From assembly GCA_964342405.1 (NCBI GenBank), contig CAYFGX010000022.1, positions 12,411 through 76,410 of the forward strand: DNA of 64,000 nt. Reading direction: 5' to 3'. Positions within the stretch are counted from its first letter, which is position 1. Each line of letters starts with the position of its first letter. The notes below the pieces were generated by a model. The model made no database searches. It worked only from the letters and a program-made list of their open reading frames with translations, and was not told the DNA's origin. The DNA comes from an uncultured Verrucomicrobiota bacterium. Lineage in GTDB: Bacteria > Verrucomicrobiota > Verrucomicrobiia > Limisphaerales > AAA164-E04. Below are positions 49,638 to 60,107 of this stretch, piece after piece. The translations under genes and the position numbers were made by a program.

Positions 49638-52103
49638 TTAGCTTCGCCCGAAGACATCCAACAAGACTTTCGAAAGCTCAACACTAGAGTAAGGCTTATC
49701 CAGAATGGCGCCTACTCCGCTTTGGTCGGCGGATTCTCGGGTTGTTTCGCTGATGTTTCCGGACGAGAGAATAATCGGTAGTTCCTGGTTCAGGGAGCGA
49801 ATGCGCCGCGCAACATCGAGGCCAGTTAGCTTCGGCATGAAGTAATCAGCCAGCACGAGATCAAATCCATTCGGATTCCGCTCGAAGACCTCAATCGCCC
49901 GCTCGGGCTCCGAAATTGCGGTCACCTCAAATCCCTGCCGCTGCAAAATACGCTGCGTGACCTCGAGAATCGAAACCTCATCATCAATGCACAAAATGCG
50001 CTTCCCATTCCCATCCAGGCGTGTAGCTGCAGACACCGGCTCAGCACTTTCATCCTCGTTGATGATTGGAAAGTAGACCGAGAAAGTAGTCCCCTCGCCG
50101 AGTCGAGACTCGACCAAGATCTGAGCGTCATGGACGTCCACAATTCCGTGAACCACCGATAGCCCCAAACCGACCCCTTGCCCCGCCTCTTTAGTAGTGA
50201 AGAAAGGATCGTAAATTCGTCCCAACGTCTCCGGATCCATTCCCTTGCCGTTGTCCTTCACCTGAAGAAGCGTGTAGGCCCCCTTCCGCAGATCCCGAGC
50301 ACCTAGAGACTTCGGCTCTTCAATCTCAACACCCCGCAACGAAACCACAATCTTCCCGTTCTCGAGACCAATCGCATGCCACGCGTTCGTGCAAAGATTC
50401 ACGATCACCTGATGCACTTGATCTGCATCCGCCAGAACATTGTGGGACACAGGATCAATCACAGTCTCGAGCTCTACCATTGCGGGAATCACTGACCGCA
50501 TCATCTTGGTTGCTTCGCTCACTGTGCCGGAGAGAGAAACCGGAACTCGGACGGGGGTTTTGTGACGACTGAACATCATGATCTGCGATACCAACGATCC
50601 AGCTCGCTTGGCAGATTTAACAATCCCCTCTACAGACTCGAAGGCCGGATGCTTGTCATCGAGATCCATCATCGCTAACTCAGCGTTCGCCATGATGGCA
50701 CACACGATGTTGTTGAAATCATGGGCAATCCCACCGGCGAGTGTCCCGATCGATTCCATGCGTTGCACCTGATGCAACTGCTGTTCGAGCTCTTTCTCGT
50801 GGCGACGCGTCAGGATACGGTTCAACTCCGAACTCGCCCGCGCAGCAAAGATCTGAAAAACAGCACGTGTTCGTTCGCGTCGAGGCATGGGTTTACGGTC
50901 GATGGCTACCAACGCCCCAATCACCGCCCCGGTTTCTGATCGAAGCGGGATTCCCAGATAGCTATCGGCTCCCATCTCAGCAAGCGCCGCATCTCCGGGA
51001 AAAAGCCTCGCAACTCCGGTCTCGTGATGACACATGTGTCCATCCGTAACAGACTCGCAGGGCGTTCCTTGGATGGCATATTCGAAGTTGTCTGCAAACT
51101 GACCATCCGCGAAACAACAAATCGTCTTGATTCTCGTTGGACTGGAGTCCTCCGAACTACGCGGCAACAGTGTTTCCCCAACAAAGGCGAAGGGAACGTT
51201 CAACCACTCCGCCATCGCCTTGATAAGCCCTCTGAAAAAATTCTCACCAACAGCACCCGCTGTTCCTTCAAGAAGTTTCAGTATGATGGCATCCACCTCC
51301 TTGCGTTCTGTGATGTCACGCGTGATGCTCAGAGCAGCCGTGACATTTCCCCCACTATCACGAAGGGGTGACACGTGAGTCTCCATCCATCGCTTGGTCC
51401 CCTTTAAGCCCGTGATGCGAAACTGGGCAACACACGACTCACCGTCGAACGCCCGAGAATTAGCCTGTTCAAAAGTCTGGCGATCCTCTTCATGAACCAA
51501 TTCAGAAATCTCTCGACCGATGGCCTGGTCTGGAGAATCCGCCTCAACCATAGCGAGGCCTGCTGGGTTCATTTCCATCAGAATACCATCGCGCGAAACC
51601 AACTTCACACATTCCGGCTCAGCATCGATCACCGCCTGCAATTGGTTTTCACTAGTCGCCAGAACGGCCTCCACTCGTTGCCGCTCAGAGACGACTCTCA
51701 CAGCCAAGAGGAAGAAACACCTACCTTCCTTTCGAATCGGAAAAACCCGGATCTGGACCGGTATCAGCGAGTCAAGACCTCCCTTCAGACGGCCATAACG
51801 CATCGCCGGAGCCGTCGCTGACTTGGCCTCCCAAAGCCGCTCAATAAAGGGCTTGGGAAAATCCAGATCCAATTCAGCCATCTCGGTTTCACAAAGCTTC
51901 TCTCGAGGAACAGCTAACAACTCACAGACAACGTTATCCGCGTCACAAATCACTCCCCCCTCATCATGAAGAAGGAGTCCTTGCCCTGGTTCCAGATTGA
52001 GAAAGTGGCCACTGAGCGCAGACTGCCGCACCCCTTCAAGTGCCTCCTCTAAAAGAAGGCACGAAGGCGTGATGGGCGAGTGCTGGTTCAGAGGAGTGGT
52101 CAC
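49638..52103 (-). CDS. Hybrid histidine kinase (PAS-PAS-GAF-HisKA-HATPase-REC)
   Basis: AGGIAHDFNN, NLCTNA, DNGKGM, PFFTTK and GVGLGL; receiver DDE..DYFMP..KP; promoter TTGATC-N16-TAAGTT-N6-GTG. Confidence 0.93.
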   Translation of the reverse strand: MTTPLNQHSPITPSCLLLEEALEGVRQSALSGHFLNLEPGQGLLLHDEGGVICDADNVVCELLAVPREKLCETEMAELDLDFPKPFIERLWEAKSATAPAMRYGRLKGGLDSLIPVQIRVFPIRKEGRCFFLLAVRVVSERQRVEAVLATSENQLQAVIDAEPECVKLVSRDGILMEMNPAGLAMVEADSPDQAIGREISELVHEEDRQTFEQANSRAFDGESCVAQFRITGLKGTKRWMETHVSPLRDSGGNVTAALSITRDITERKEVDAIILKLLEGTAGAVGENFFRGLIKAMAEWLNVPFAFVGETLLPRSSEDSSPTRIKTICCFADGQFADNFEYAIQGTPCESVTDGHMCHHETGVARLFPGDAALAEMGADSYLGIPLRSETGAVIGALVAIDRKPMPRRERTRAVFQIFAARASSELNRILTRRHEKELEQQLHQVQRMESIGTLAGGIAHDFNNIVCAIMANAELAMMDLDDKHPAFESVEGIVKSAKRAGSLVSQIMMFSRHKTPVRVPVSLSGTVSEATKMMRSVIPAMVELETVIDPVSHNVLADADQVHQVIVNLCTNAWHAIGLENGKIVVSLRGVEIEEPKSLGARDLRKGAYTLLQVKDNGKGMDPETLGRIYDPFFTTKEAGQGVGLGLSVVHGIVDVHDAQILVESRLGEGTTFSVYFPIINEDESAEPVSAATRLDGNGKRILCIDDEVSILEVTQRILQRQGFEVTAISEPERAIEVFERNPNGFDLVLADYFMPKLTGLDVARRIRSLNQELPIILSSGNISETTRESADQSGVGAILDKPYSSVELSKVLLDVFGRS

Positions 52104-52317
52104 AGGCTAAACTTAGCTCGAATTGAAAGAGGATCAAACCCTCTCTCTGCTTGCTTGGAAATCGCTCGGGGCGAGCCCAATCACATGTCAAAAGTATGAG
52201 GCATGCAAGCCCAAAATAGCGACAAACTACCTAGAGCTAAAATCAGCTTAGCGACACACACAACTGTAACACGACATTCAGAATACCGGCTTTGAGCGCA
52301 GAAGGGACCGAACGATT

Positions 52318-53256
52318 CTAGTCGGGGTCCTTTTCAGCGGGGGTGCGAATGCCGATATGCTCACGGGCAATGACCACATTGTCGAAATAGACAACATTCG
52401 TCTTCTGCTGAGTCCAACGATCCGTAACATAGCTCTCCAAGGTCAGGGCATTAGCCATCAGTGATGCAGTTCGCCGCCAATTGAATCCCCTCCAGTGACC
52501 GATAAGCTTTCCGTCGACCCAAAACGCCTGCTCACCATCCGGCTGATCGGGTGTGTTGTGTCGCAGCATGAATTCGAGGCAAATCCATCGACCTCGCTCA
52601 ATGTCAGGTTGTTCCGGCAAGCGAAATCCATTTCCCCAATACTTCCCATCTGGACTTGCCTTCATCTCATGCCAATAGCTGTAAAAGTTCCAGCGACCTG
52701 GCGGCGACCACCTTCCCCAGTTACCCCACGGTTCAAGCGCTGTCGAAAAGCGTTCGGTTCCATCAGGACAAAGTCCAGCCCCCCCGAACCCACTCCAGCG
52801 ATCTTTTCCGTTTAACCCCCGATTGCCTCGAAGGGTGACGAAATGGTGCACATAGCTGCAGTCAGCCCCAAATCGGGTGTAGAATCGGACAAAAACTTCC
52901 TTGGAAGATTGAAACCATTTCGTCAGTCCCCCGCCGGTGTTCTCCCCTAGACTCGATGTCACACAGAGACTATGGCCAAAGCCTCGGCTCGAATCGTCCA
53001 GTCTGACGCGAGAGAGGACCTTGCCGCCTCGATCTCGCTTTTCGTCCCAACCCTGTATGAGATCTTCATTCTCGAAGTCACTCGCGAAAATCACCGCTGG
53101 GTCATTCGCTATCGACCGATCACCCGGGTAGTTCCGACTGAGGCCGTCGAGGGCCGCAAGAGGCGAATTCAGGACAAGCGTTGGCTCAGCTGCCAACACC
53201 AGCGCACCAGACAAAGCCGCCCATGTCAAACCGCCCGCAAACCAGACTTTCATCAT
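52318..53256 (-). CDS. Secreted jelly-roll (polysaccharide lyase/ConA-like) protein
   Basis: Signal peptide; VIFASDFE, VFVRFY, GRWICLE, WVDGKL and YFDNVVIA. Confidence 0.6.
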   Translation of the reverse strand: MMKVWFAGGLTWAALSGALVLAAEPTLVLNSPLAALDGLSRNYPGDRSIANDPAVIFASDFENEDLIQGWDEKRDRGGKVLSRVRLDDSSRGFGHSLCVTSSLGENTGGGLTKWFQSSKEVFVRFYTRFGADCSYVHHFVTLRGNRGLNGKDRWSGFGGAGLCPDGTERFSTALEPWGNWGRWSPPGRWNFYSYWHEMKASPDGKYWGNGFRLPEQPDIERGRWICLEFMLRHNTPDQPDGEQAFWVDGKLIGHWRGFNWRRTASLMANALTLESYVTDRWTQQKTNVVYFDNVVIAREHIGIRTPAEKDPD

Positions 53257-53457
53257 GGCGACCAGGCTAGTGCATCGCTCAGCCAACACAAGTCAGGGAT
53301 CGAGCCCAGGAATATCCCACCCGATCGCGATCCAGTTTCCAGTGACACCTAGTCTTGCAATGCGGATAATTTCCCGCAAAATTATACGTATGCCCATTAT
53401 TAAGGGGTAACCAGACGCCCAAACTCGAGTCTTTAGCGTTTGTAGTTCGGTGAAGTC

Positions 53458-55812
53458 ATGCGGAAAGTCGTTAAAAAAGCCCTAGAAAGCACTCTAAAGT
53501 GCTGGCCCCTAGCAAGTTGCATTGTGCTCAGCAGCCTTCCCTTCGCGGGGCTGAAAGCGGATTCAAGCTCCTTCGATGCCACGGCCAAGCCGTTCTTCGC
53601 GAAATACTGCACCAATTGCCATGGCTTTGAGAAACAAAAGGCTGACCTGAATCTGGAACAATTCGATGCCGGATCGGAGCTCTACAAGGAGCGCGAGCTC
53701 TGGGAAACCGTCCGCGATCTCGTCGTTGAACGAGAGATGCCCCCCGAGGAAAAAAAACAACCCTCAGAAGAGGAACGCATCCAACTGGTCCAGTTCATCA
53801 ACGAGGAACTCGCAAAATTCGATTGCGAAGAGATCGGTCAACCCGGTCGTGTGACCATGCGCCGACTCAACCGCGCGGAGTACGACAATACGATTCGGGA
53901 TTTGATGGGCATTGACTTCAAGGCTTCGACTGATTTCCCGTTGGACGAGGTTGGCTACGGATTCGATAATATTGGGGACGTCCTTTCTCTCTCGCCAATT
54001 TTGATGGAGAAATACCTCACTGCAGCCGAGAAGATCGTTTCTGAAGCGATCGTGACAGACATTCCGGTCTGGCCACCGCAACAGAAACTCGAGGCCGAGA
54101 CCTTCCGGTCCCGAGCGGAGGATATCGTCCGAGCGGAAGACAACGTCATGGGCTTCTATCGTGAGGGAACCGCCACGAAGTTTTTCCGGGTAACGGAAAC
54201 AGGAACCTACCACGTGAAGATCCGGGCCTATGGCCAGCAAGCAGGCCCGGATCCGACCCGGCTTTCGGTTCGGCTGAATCGCGGCGAACCGACCGTGATC
54301 GACGTGCCTGCATTCGACACCAAACCAGCCATCTACACCATCCCCGTCAAACTCCAAGCGAGTTCTCATCGACTGGAACTCGGATATACCAACAATTACA
54401 ACCGTCAAGACCACCCAGATCCACAGCTCAACGGTGACCGCAATCTCTTTGTCGACTTCGTCATCATCGAAGGCCCAGAGGGATCGAAACCGCCCCTACT
54501 CCCCAAATCACACCGACAGATCTTTACAGAAGAGCCCAAGAAAGGCCAGGAACTCGAGTCAGCCGAACGCATCTTGAGCCGTTTCCTCCTTCGAGCCTTC
54601 CGTCGCCCGGCTACGGAAGCCGAGCTCAGCAAACTCCTTGAGATCACCGACTACGTTCTCGACGAAGACGGGACCTTCGAAGAAGCCATCCAAGTCGCCG
54701 TTCAAGCCATCCTTGTCTCACCCAGCTTTCTTTACCGCACCGAACTGGACTCGCGTCCCGAGGAGGGTGAAGCTAAAGAACGCTCACTCAACGCCTTCGA
54801 ATACGCCTCAAGGCTCTCTTACTTTCTCTGGAGCAGCATGCCTGACGAAGAGCTTTTCCGCCTGGCGGCATCGGGAGATCTTTTGAATCCGGAGACCATC
54901 AAGACCCAAGTCGGACGAATGCTCAAAGATCCGAAGGCCGACGCGCTGGTCACCAATTTCGCGGGACAGTGGCTCCAATTCCGCAACCTCGACACCGTCA
55001 CCCCGGACCCCGATCTCTTCCCCAGCTTCGACGATCAATTGCGTGCGTCTATGCGCCAGGAGAGCGAGCTGTTCTTTGGCGCGATCATGCGTGAGGACCG
55101 CAGCATTCTGGAATTCCTCGACACAGACTTCAGCTTCGTCGATCGCCGATTGGCCGAGCACTACGATCTCGACGGCGACTTTTCAGACGAGTTCAAGCGG
55201 GTTCGATTCGATCCCAAGAGCCCCAGAGGCGGTATTCTCACTCAAGCAAGCACCCTCGCCCTGACCGCTAATCCAACACGGACCTCTCCAGTCATTAGGG
55301 GGAAATGGGTGCTGGAGCAAATCTTGGGAACTCCACCACCACCACCACCGCCCAACGTGGAGGAATTGGAAGAATCAAAAGAGGCCGCGGCTTCGGCCTC
55401 ACTTCGTGAACGGCTTGAGATCCACCGTTCCAAACCCGAGTGCGCCACTTGTCATGCGAAAATGGATCCTATCGGATTCGCCTTCGAAAACTTCGATGCC
55501 ATCGGGGCGTGGCGCGATCTGGATGGCAATTTTCCGATCGATGCCTCCGGTGAACTCCCCGACGGGCGACAGTTCGACGGGGCAAAATCCCTGATCAATC
55601 TCCTCAAGAATGAAGAAACCTTCGTTCGTACGATCACTGAGAAAATGTTGACGTTTGCGCTCGGCCGAGGCTTAGAATACTATGATAAATGCGCAACGGA
55701 CGAAATCGTGACTCAACTCATCGCTGACGACCTCCGGTTTTCAGCTTTGGTTGAAGCCGTCGTGATGAGCGAACCGTTTCAGAAAGTTAGCCTAACCAAC
55801 GAATCATTATGA
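53458..55812 (+). CDS. DUF1592/1588-type cytochrome c domain protein with inserted carbohydrate-binding-like module
   Basis: CTNCH, CATCH and RRLNRAEY; insert ending YTNN..DRNLFVDFV. Confidence 0.9.
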   Translation: MRKVVKKALESTLKCWPLASCIVLSSLPFAGLKADSSSFDATAKPFFAKYCTNCHGFEKQKADLNLEQFDAGSELYKERELWETVRDLVVEREMPPEEKKQPSEEERIQLVQFINEELAKFDCEEIGQPGRVTMRRLNRAEYDNTIRDLMGIDFKASTDFPLDEVGYGFDNIGDVLSLSPILMEKYLTAAEKIVSEAIVTDIPVWPPQQKLEAETFRSRAEDIVRAEDNVMGFYREGTATKFFRVTETGTYHVKIRAYGQQAGPDPTRLSVRLNRGEPTVIDVPAFDTKPAIYTIPVKLQASSHRLELGYTNNYNRQDHPDPQLNGDRNLFVDFVIIEGPEGSKPPLLPKSHRQIFTEEPKKGQELESAERILSRFLLRAFRRPATEAELSKLLEITDYVLDEDGTFEEAIQVAVQAILVSPSFLYRTELDSRPEEGEAKERSLNAFEYASRLSYFLWSSMPDEELFRLAASGDLLNPETIKTQVGRMLKDPKADALVTNFAGQWLQFRNLDTVTPDPDLFPSFDDQLRASMRQESELFFGAIMREDRSILEFLDTDFSFVDRRLAEHYDLDGDFSDEFKRVRFDPKSPRGGILTQASTLALTANPTRTSPVIRGKWVLEQILGTPPPPPPPNVEELEESKEAAASASLRERLEIHRSKPECATCHAKMDPIGFAFENFDAIGAWRDLDGNFPIDASGELPDGRQFDGAKSLINLLKNEETFVRTITEKMLTFALGRGLEYYDKCATDEIVTQLIADDLRFSALVEAVVMSEPFQKVSLTNESL

Positions 55813-57167
55813 ACCCTTCACGTTCACTTACTCGTCGGACCTTTCTCCGAGGTCTGGGCACGTCCATGGCCCTTCCGCTCCTTGATGCCATGGCTCCCGT
55901 TCGCTCACTCGCAGCGTCATCCACCAGCGGAGCTCCCCTCCGAATGGCGTTCATGTTCGTCCCCAACGGTATGCACATGCCCGACTGGACTCCAACCCAA
56001 GAGGGCTCTCACTTCGAGCTACCCAAGATTCTCCAGACGATGGATCCCATCAAGCGGGACATCACCGTGCTCTCAGGACTTACCAACGATAAGGGACGGG
56101 GCAACGGCGACGGCCCCGGTGATCACGCACGATCAGCGGGCGTTTTCCTGACGGGTGTGCAACCACTCAAGAGCGAAGGCGCCGAGATTCGTGCCGGTAT
56201 TTCCGCCGATCAAGTCGCTGCTCAGGCCATTGGGCATCAAACGAAGTTCGCATCCCTTGAGCTCGGAACGGAAAAAGGCCGTCAGTCTGGCAAATGCGAT
56301 TCCGGCTACGCCTGCTCCTACTCCAACAACATTTCTTGGCGTGACTCGACGACACCGATGACGAAGGAAACCAACCCTCGGCTTGTCTTTGAACGTCTCT
56401 TCGGAAACAACAATGATTCCGAACAGACTGAAAGCGCTATCCGACGAAAACGTTTTCAGAATAGCATCCTCGATTTCGTCCTTGAAGACGCGAAGCGCCT
56501 GAGCAAACGGGTGGGCAATAAGGACCGAGGGAAGCTCGATGAGTATCTGACGGCCGTTCGCGAGATCGAACTCCGACTAGAGCGCGCAGAGAAAGACGCC
56601 GGTCAACGCCCCGACTACCTTGAGGACTACGACAAACCCGAAGGCATCCCCTCCTCATACGAGGAACACATTCGCCTGATGGGCGACATGATGATCCTCG
56701 CCTTTCAAACGGACGTCACCCGAATTTCCACCTTCATGCTCGCGAATGAAGGAAGCAACAAAAGCTACCGCTTCATCGGTGTCAACGAAGGCCACCACTC
56801 GCTTTCCCATCACGGCAGTGATCCGGTGAAACTCCGCAAGATCAGCGACATCAACGAATTTCATGCCAAACAGGTCTCCTACATCCTCCAACGAATGAAG
56901 GCCATTCCAGAGGGTGACGGCAGCTTGCTCGACAACAGCATGATCGTCTACGGTGCCGGCATCAGTGACGGCAACCGCCACAACAACGAGAATCTGCCCA
57001 TCATCGTAGCGGGCAAGGCGGGTGGCGCCATCAAACCTGGACGACACATTCGCTACCACTTCGAGACCCCGATGTCGAATCTCTACCTTTCCATGCTCGA
57101 CCAAATGGGACTGAACGAGAATCGGTTCGGAGACAGCACGGGCCGCCTAAAAGGCCTGTTTAGCTAG
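55809..57167 (+). CDS. DUF1552 (HXXSHH) protein with Tat signal
   Basis: TRRTFLRG; CDSGYACSY; HHSLSHH; ATGA overlap. Confidence 0.92.
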   Translation: MNPSRSLTRRTFLRGLGTSMALPLLDAMAPVRSLAASSTSGAPLRMAFMFVPNGMHMPDWTPTQEGSHFELPKILQTMDPIKRDITVLSGLTNDKGRGNGDGPGDHARSAGVFLTGVQPLKSEGAEIRAGISADQVAAQAIGHQTKFASLELGTEKGRQSGKCDSGYACSYSNNISWRDSTTPMTKETNPRLVFERLFGNNNDSEQTESAIRRKRFQNSILDFVLEDAKRLSKRVGNKDRGKLDEYLTAVREIELRLERAEKDAGQRPDYLEDYDKPEGIPSSYEEHIRLMGDMMILAFQTDVTRISTFMLANEGSNKSYRFIGVNEGHHSLSHHGSDPVKLRKISDINEFHAKQVSYILQRMKAIPEGDGSLLDNSMIVYGAGISDGNRHNNENLPIIVAGKAGGAIKPGRHIRYHFETPMSNLYLSMLDQMGLNENRFGDSTGRLKGLFS

Positions 57168-57268
57168 AGCTGGTTGCGGAAAGCCATTCCCGGAGTTATC
57201 GAACGTACCAGGAGGGGTCTGCCACTCCTGCTCAATGAGACGTTCGGCCGATTGCCGCTAATTTCATC

Positions 57269-59536
57269 ATGACGAGAACCCGACTCTTTCGGATCCTTCC
57301 ACTCTTGTGCAGCTTTGCTTGGCTTCCCCTCATCGTAGCCCAGGAAACTGGTCCCGATGTTGCCGCACTCATCGACCAATTGAGTGGCAGTGGCACCGAG
57401 GAAACTCAGCTTCAGGATCGCCGGGATGCCGCCCGTCTCCTCAGCGAGATCGGACCTCAAGCCGCACCAGCCGTGCCCGCGCTCACTGTGGCTCTCGATG
57501 ACCGCGACACTCAAGTCTGGTTCCACGCCGTCACCGCGCTTGCAGAGATCGGACCTGGTGCCATTGACGCCTTTCCCGCTCTGGTCGACGACCTACGCGG
57601 CGGTGGACGTCGCAGCGTGAACGCAAAATGGTACCGTTCTGCCTACGCTTTGGGGAGGATGGGACCCACCGTCGTTCCCCAGTTGCGGAGTGCCCTCGAC
57701 GATAGCGATTCAGGAATCCGCTCCGGAATCGCACTCGCGATCGGTTGGCTCGGTCCGGAGGGACAGGAACTTGCTCAGGACCTCATCACGCTGCTCAAAG
57801 ACGAGAGCGAATCCGTCCGACTCCACGCGGCTGAGTCGCTCGGAAAAATGGGTTCGGGAATCCTCCCAGATCTCGAACAAGCGCTCGCCAGCACCGACCA
57901 CCAAATTCAGCTCGGCACGCTACAAGCCCTAAAGACGCTCGGCGCAGAATCTGCCCCCCTGGCAAACCAGGTGGTGCAGCTCTCGAAAGCTTCTGATACA
58001 CCGGATATTCAAGCGGCAGCCTTGAGAACGCTCCGCAGCCTTGAGCTCGAACCGAATCAAGTTCTCGAAACGACTTGGGCACTTGCACAACACACAGACG
58101 AATCCGTCCTCCACGAAGTTGGGAACAACCTCCTCGAGTTGCCCTCCGACATCACGCTCCCCAAACTCAGGGAACGACTCGGATTCAAAGACCTCGCTTC
58201 GCGACTCTGGGCCGCTGACATCCTCGGCCGTATGGGACCAGCCGCCTCTCCGGCAGCACCCGAGTTGACGCAACAGATTGCGGCTAGCCCATCGAGCTTG
58301 GCCACGGAACGATTCACCAAAGCCATCGCTTCAATCGGACCGTCCGCTTCGGGCGCAGTCTTTGATCACCTTCGTCAGGTAGAGACCGCGAAAATCCAGC
58401 CGACGTATTGGGCCGTCAAATGCCTCGGAAGTTATGGCATTCCTGGACTGCAACAACTGCAACCCAAACTCCGCAGCGAGCACCTCAACGAACGACTCGC
58501 TTCCATTTACGCCATCAGCCATCTCGGCGCGAACGCCCGCAGCGTGGTCTCCCGAATTGAGCGGTCCTTGCAGGACCAGCAACCCGCAATCAAAGCCGCC
58601 AGTCTCTACTGCCTCATGGCCATTGCTTCGGACCCTGACCGTTACCGTGATGACGTTAAGAGATTGTTGGACGAACAAGACACGACGGCACGCAGAATCG
58701 CAGCCACATCGATCGCTCGTTTGAGCCGGATCGACCCGCCCATGATTCAGCGCCTCGGCGAACTGTTACAAGATGCCGATCCCGAAGTCCGCCTCTCATC
58801 GACTCAGGCTCTTTCCAGTATCGGAGAAGACGCAGCGTCCGAAACAGATCAAATCGCCGCCCTTCTCGTTGAGGATCGGATCGAGATCAAAGTCGCCGCC
58901 GTGAATGCGATTGGATCGATTGGCACGGCATCTCCATTGGCAACAAGTCAGATCGCATTCTTGGCAGGCCAAAGTGATGGAGACCTGCGGCTCGCAGCCA
59001 TGAATGGGCTCAGCCGGATCGGGTCGCCAAGTCCACGCTTCGCCAAGGTTGTGCGGTCGGCTCTCAACGATCCCGAGGAAGCGATCCGTGAAGCCGCCCT
59101 CAAAGCCTTTCCTCAGATCATTGAAGAAACAGAAGAATCTCTGAAGGTCAATCTGGAAGCCCTCGAAGACGAAGCCGTTGCTGTTCGTCTTGTCGCTGCG
59201 AAGAACCTTGGCGATCTTGGGGAAGCGGCAACTCCCGCCATTCGTCCCCTGATGGACCTTCTTTCAGATCGAGGGAACTTCACCAGCTATCTCAATGCCC
59301 TCAAAGATATTCCAGCCGATGCAGATCACCTGGATGCTTACCGGGACGGCTTGGAGAGTGGGAGCTCAGGAGTTCGGGCCTTTGCCTGCGAGGCCCTGGG
59401 GCGTTTGGAGGAAATCGCCTTGCCAGCCATTCCTCGGTTGGAACGGCTGGCAAGGAAGGATCGATCTGGTTATGTCCGGTCCCGGGCCCGCTCCGCAGTT
59501 GAGCGGATCACGGGGGAAGACCGGGAATGGGACTAG
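57269..59536 (+). CDS. Secreted HEAT-repeat protein
   Basis: Signal peptide; many VR..AA..LG.IGP.A..A.P.L repeats. Confidence 0.9.
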   Translation: MTRTRLFRILPLLCSFAWLPLIVAQETGPDVAALIDQLSGSGTEETQLQDRRDAARLLSEIGPQAAPAVPALTVALDDRDTQVWFHAVTALAEIGPGAIDAFPALVDDLRGGGRRSVNAKWYRSAYALGRMGPTVVPQLRSALDDSDSGIRSGIALAIGWLGPEGQELAQDLITLLKDESESVRLHAAESLGKMGSGILPDLEQALASTDHQIQLGTLQALKTLGAESAPLANQVVQLSKASDTPDIQAAALRTLRSLELEPNQVLETTWALAQHTDESVLHEVGNNLLELPSDITLPKLRERLGFKDLASRLWAADILGRMGPAASPAAPELTQQIAASPSSLATERFTKAIASIGPSASGAVFDHLRQVETAKIQPTYWAVKCLGSYGIPGLQQLQPKLRSEHLNERLASIYAISHLGANARSVVSRIERSLQDQQPAIKAASLYCLMAIASDPDRYRDDVKRLLDEQDTTARRIAATSIARLSRIDPPMIQRLGELLQDADPEVRLSSTQALSSIGEDAASETDQIAALLVEDRIEIKVAAVNAIGSIGTASPLATSQIAFLAGQSDGDLRLAAMNGLSRIGSPSPRFAKVVRSALNDPEEAIREAALKAFPQIIEETEESLKVNLEALEDEAVAVRLVAAKNLGDLGEAATPAIRPLMDLLSDRGNFTSYLNALKDIPADADHLDAYRDGLESGSSGVRAFACEALGRLEEIALPAIPRLERLARKDRSGYVRSRARSAVERITGEDREWD

Positions 59537-59543
59537 CCGCCTT

Positions 59544-59951
59544 CTACTGCGTCACTTCTTCAGTGGCGCTAGCCGCTGCTGCTGCCAATGCTTCATCCAG
59601 TTTCGCGAGATACTTGGTGGAATCTTTCTTGAAGTCGTCGATACAACCCTCGCAACAAAACTGAACGAGACGGCCCTCATGAACGTATTCGACTGGATCC
59701 CCCATCGATCCAAGGGCTTCTCCACCCACCACGCAATCCTTTAGTGGATACGCTGCCTTCTGGGCCGCGATGTCAACGTCAGCGACCATTCCGGCCACCG
59801 ACTCAGCATCTCCGTCATGCGTGTGTTCGTGTCCATCGTGGTCATGATCGCCATGTGCATGCTCTGCACTTTGACCACACCCGGCTAACCACGTCACCAT
59901 CAAACCGCTAAGGACCAAGAGGCCCATCTTCTTCAGAACTCGTTGCATCAT
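59544..59951 (-). CDS. His-rich lipoprotein with YHS/TRASH-like metal-binding domain
   Basis: Lipobox LAGC; HAHGDHDHDGHEHTHD; CVVGGE..MG..FCCEGC. Confidence 0.82.
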   Translation of the reverse strand: MMQRVLKKMGLLVLSGLMVTWLAGCGQSAEHAHGDHDHDGHEHTHDGDAESVAGMVADVDIAAQKAAYPLKDCVVGGEALGSMGDPVEYVHEGRLVQFCCEGCIDDFKKDSTKYLAKLDEALAAAAASATEEVTQ

Positions 59952-60107
59952 GATATCTATCTTTCGTTTCGTCCAACCATCCAACAGAGGCTAAGAGGGC
60001 AAATCAAGGCGAAATATTTCCAACCATTTCACAGAAGCTCAAATACCTCAGGCTCGAAATGCAGTTGCTAATTGCCCACGAATTTGGCAATCAAGAGGTT
60101 TAGTGCT

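Noticed and set aside
52160-52180. GCTCGGGGCGAGC as a family-B REP
   Set aside because: Too short, with no GTAG/GTGG end and no partner.
55333-55353. (CCA)n microsatellite as a phase-variation tract
   Set aside because: It encodes the polyproline motif also present in the other DUF1588 paralogs.
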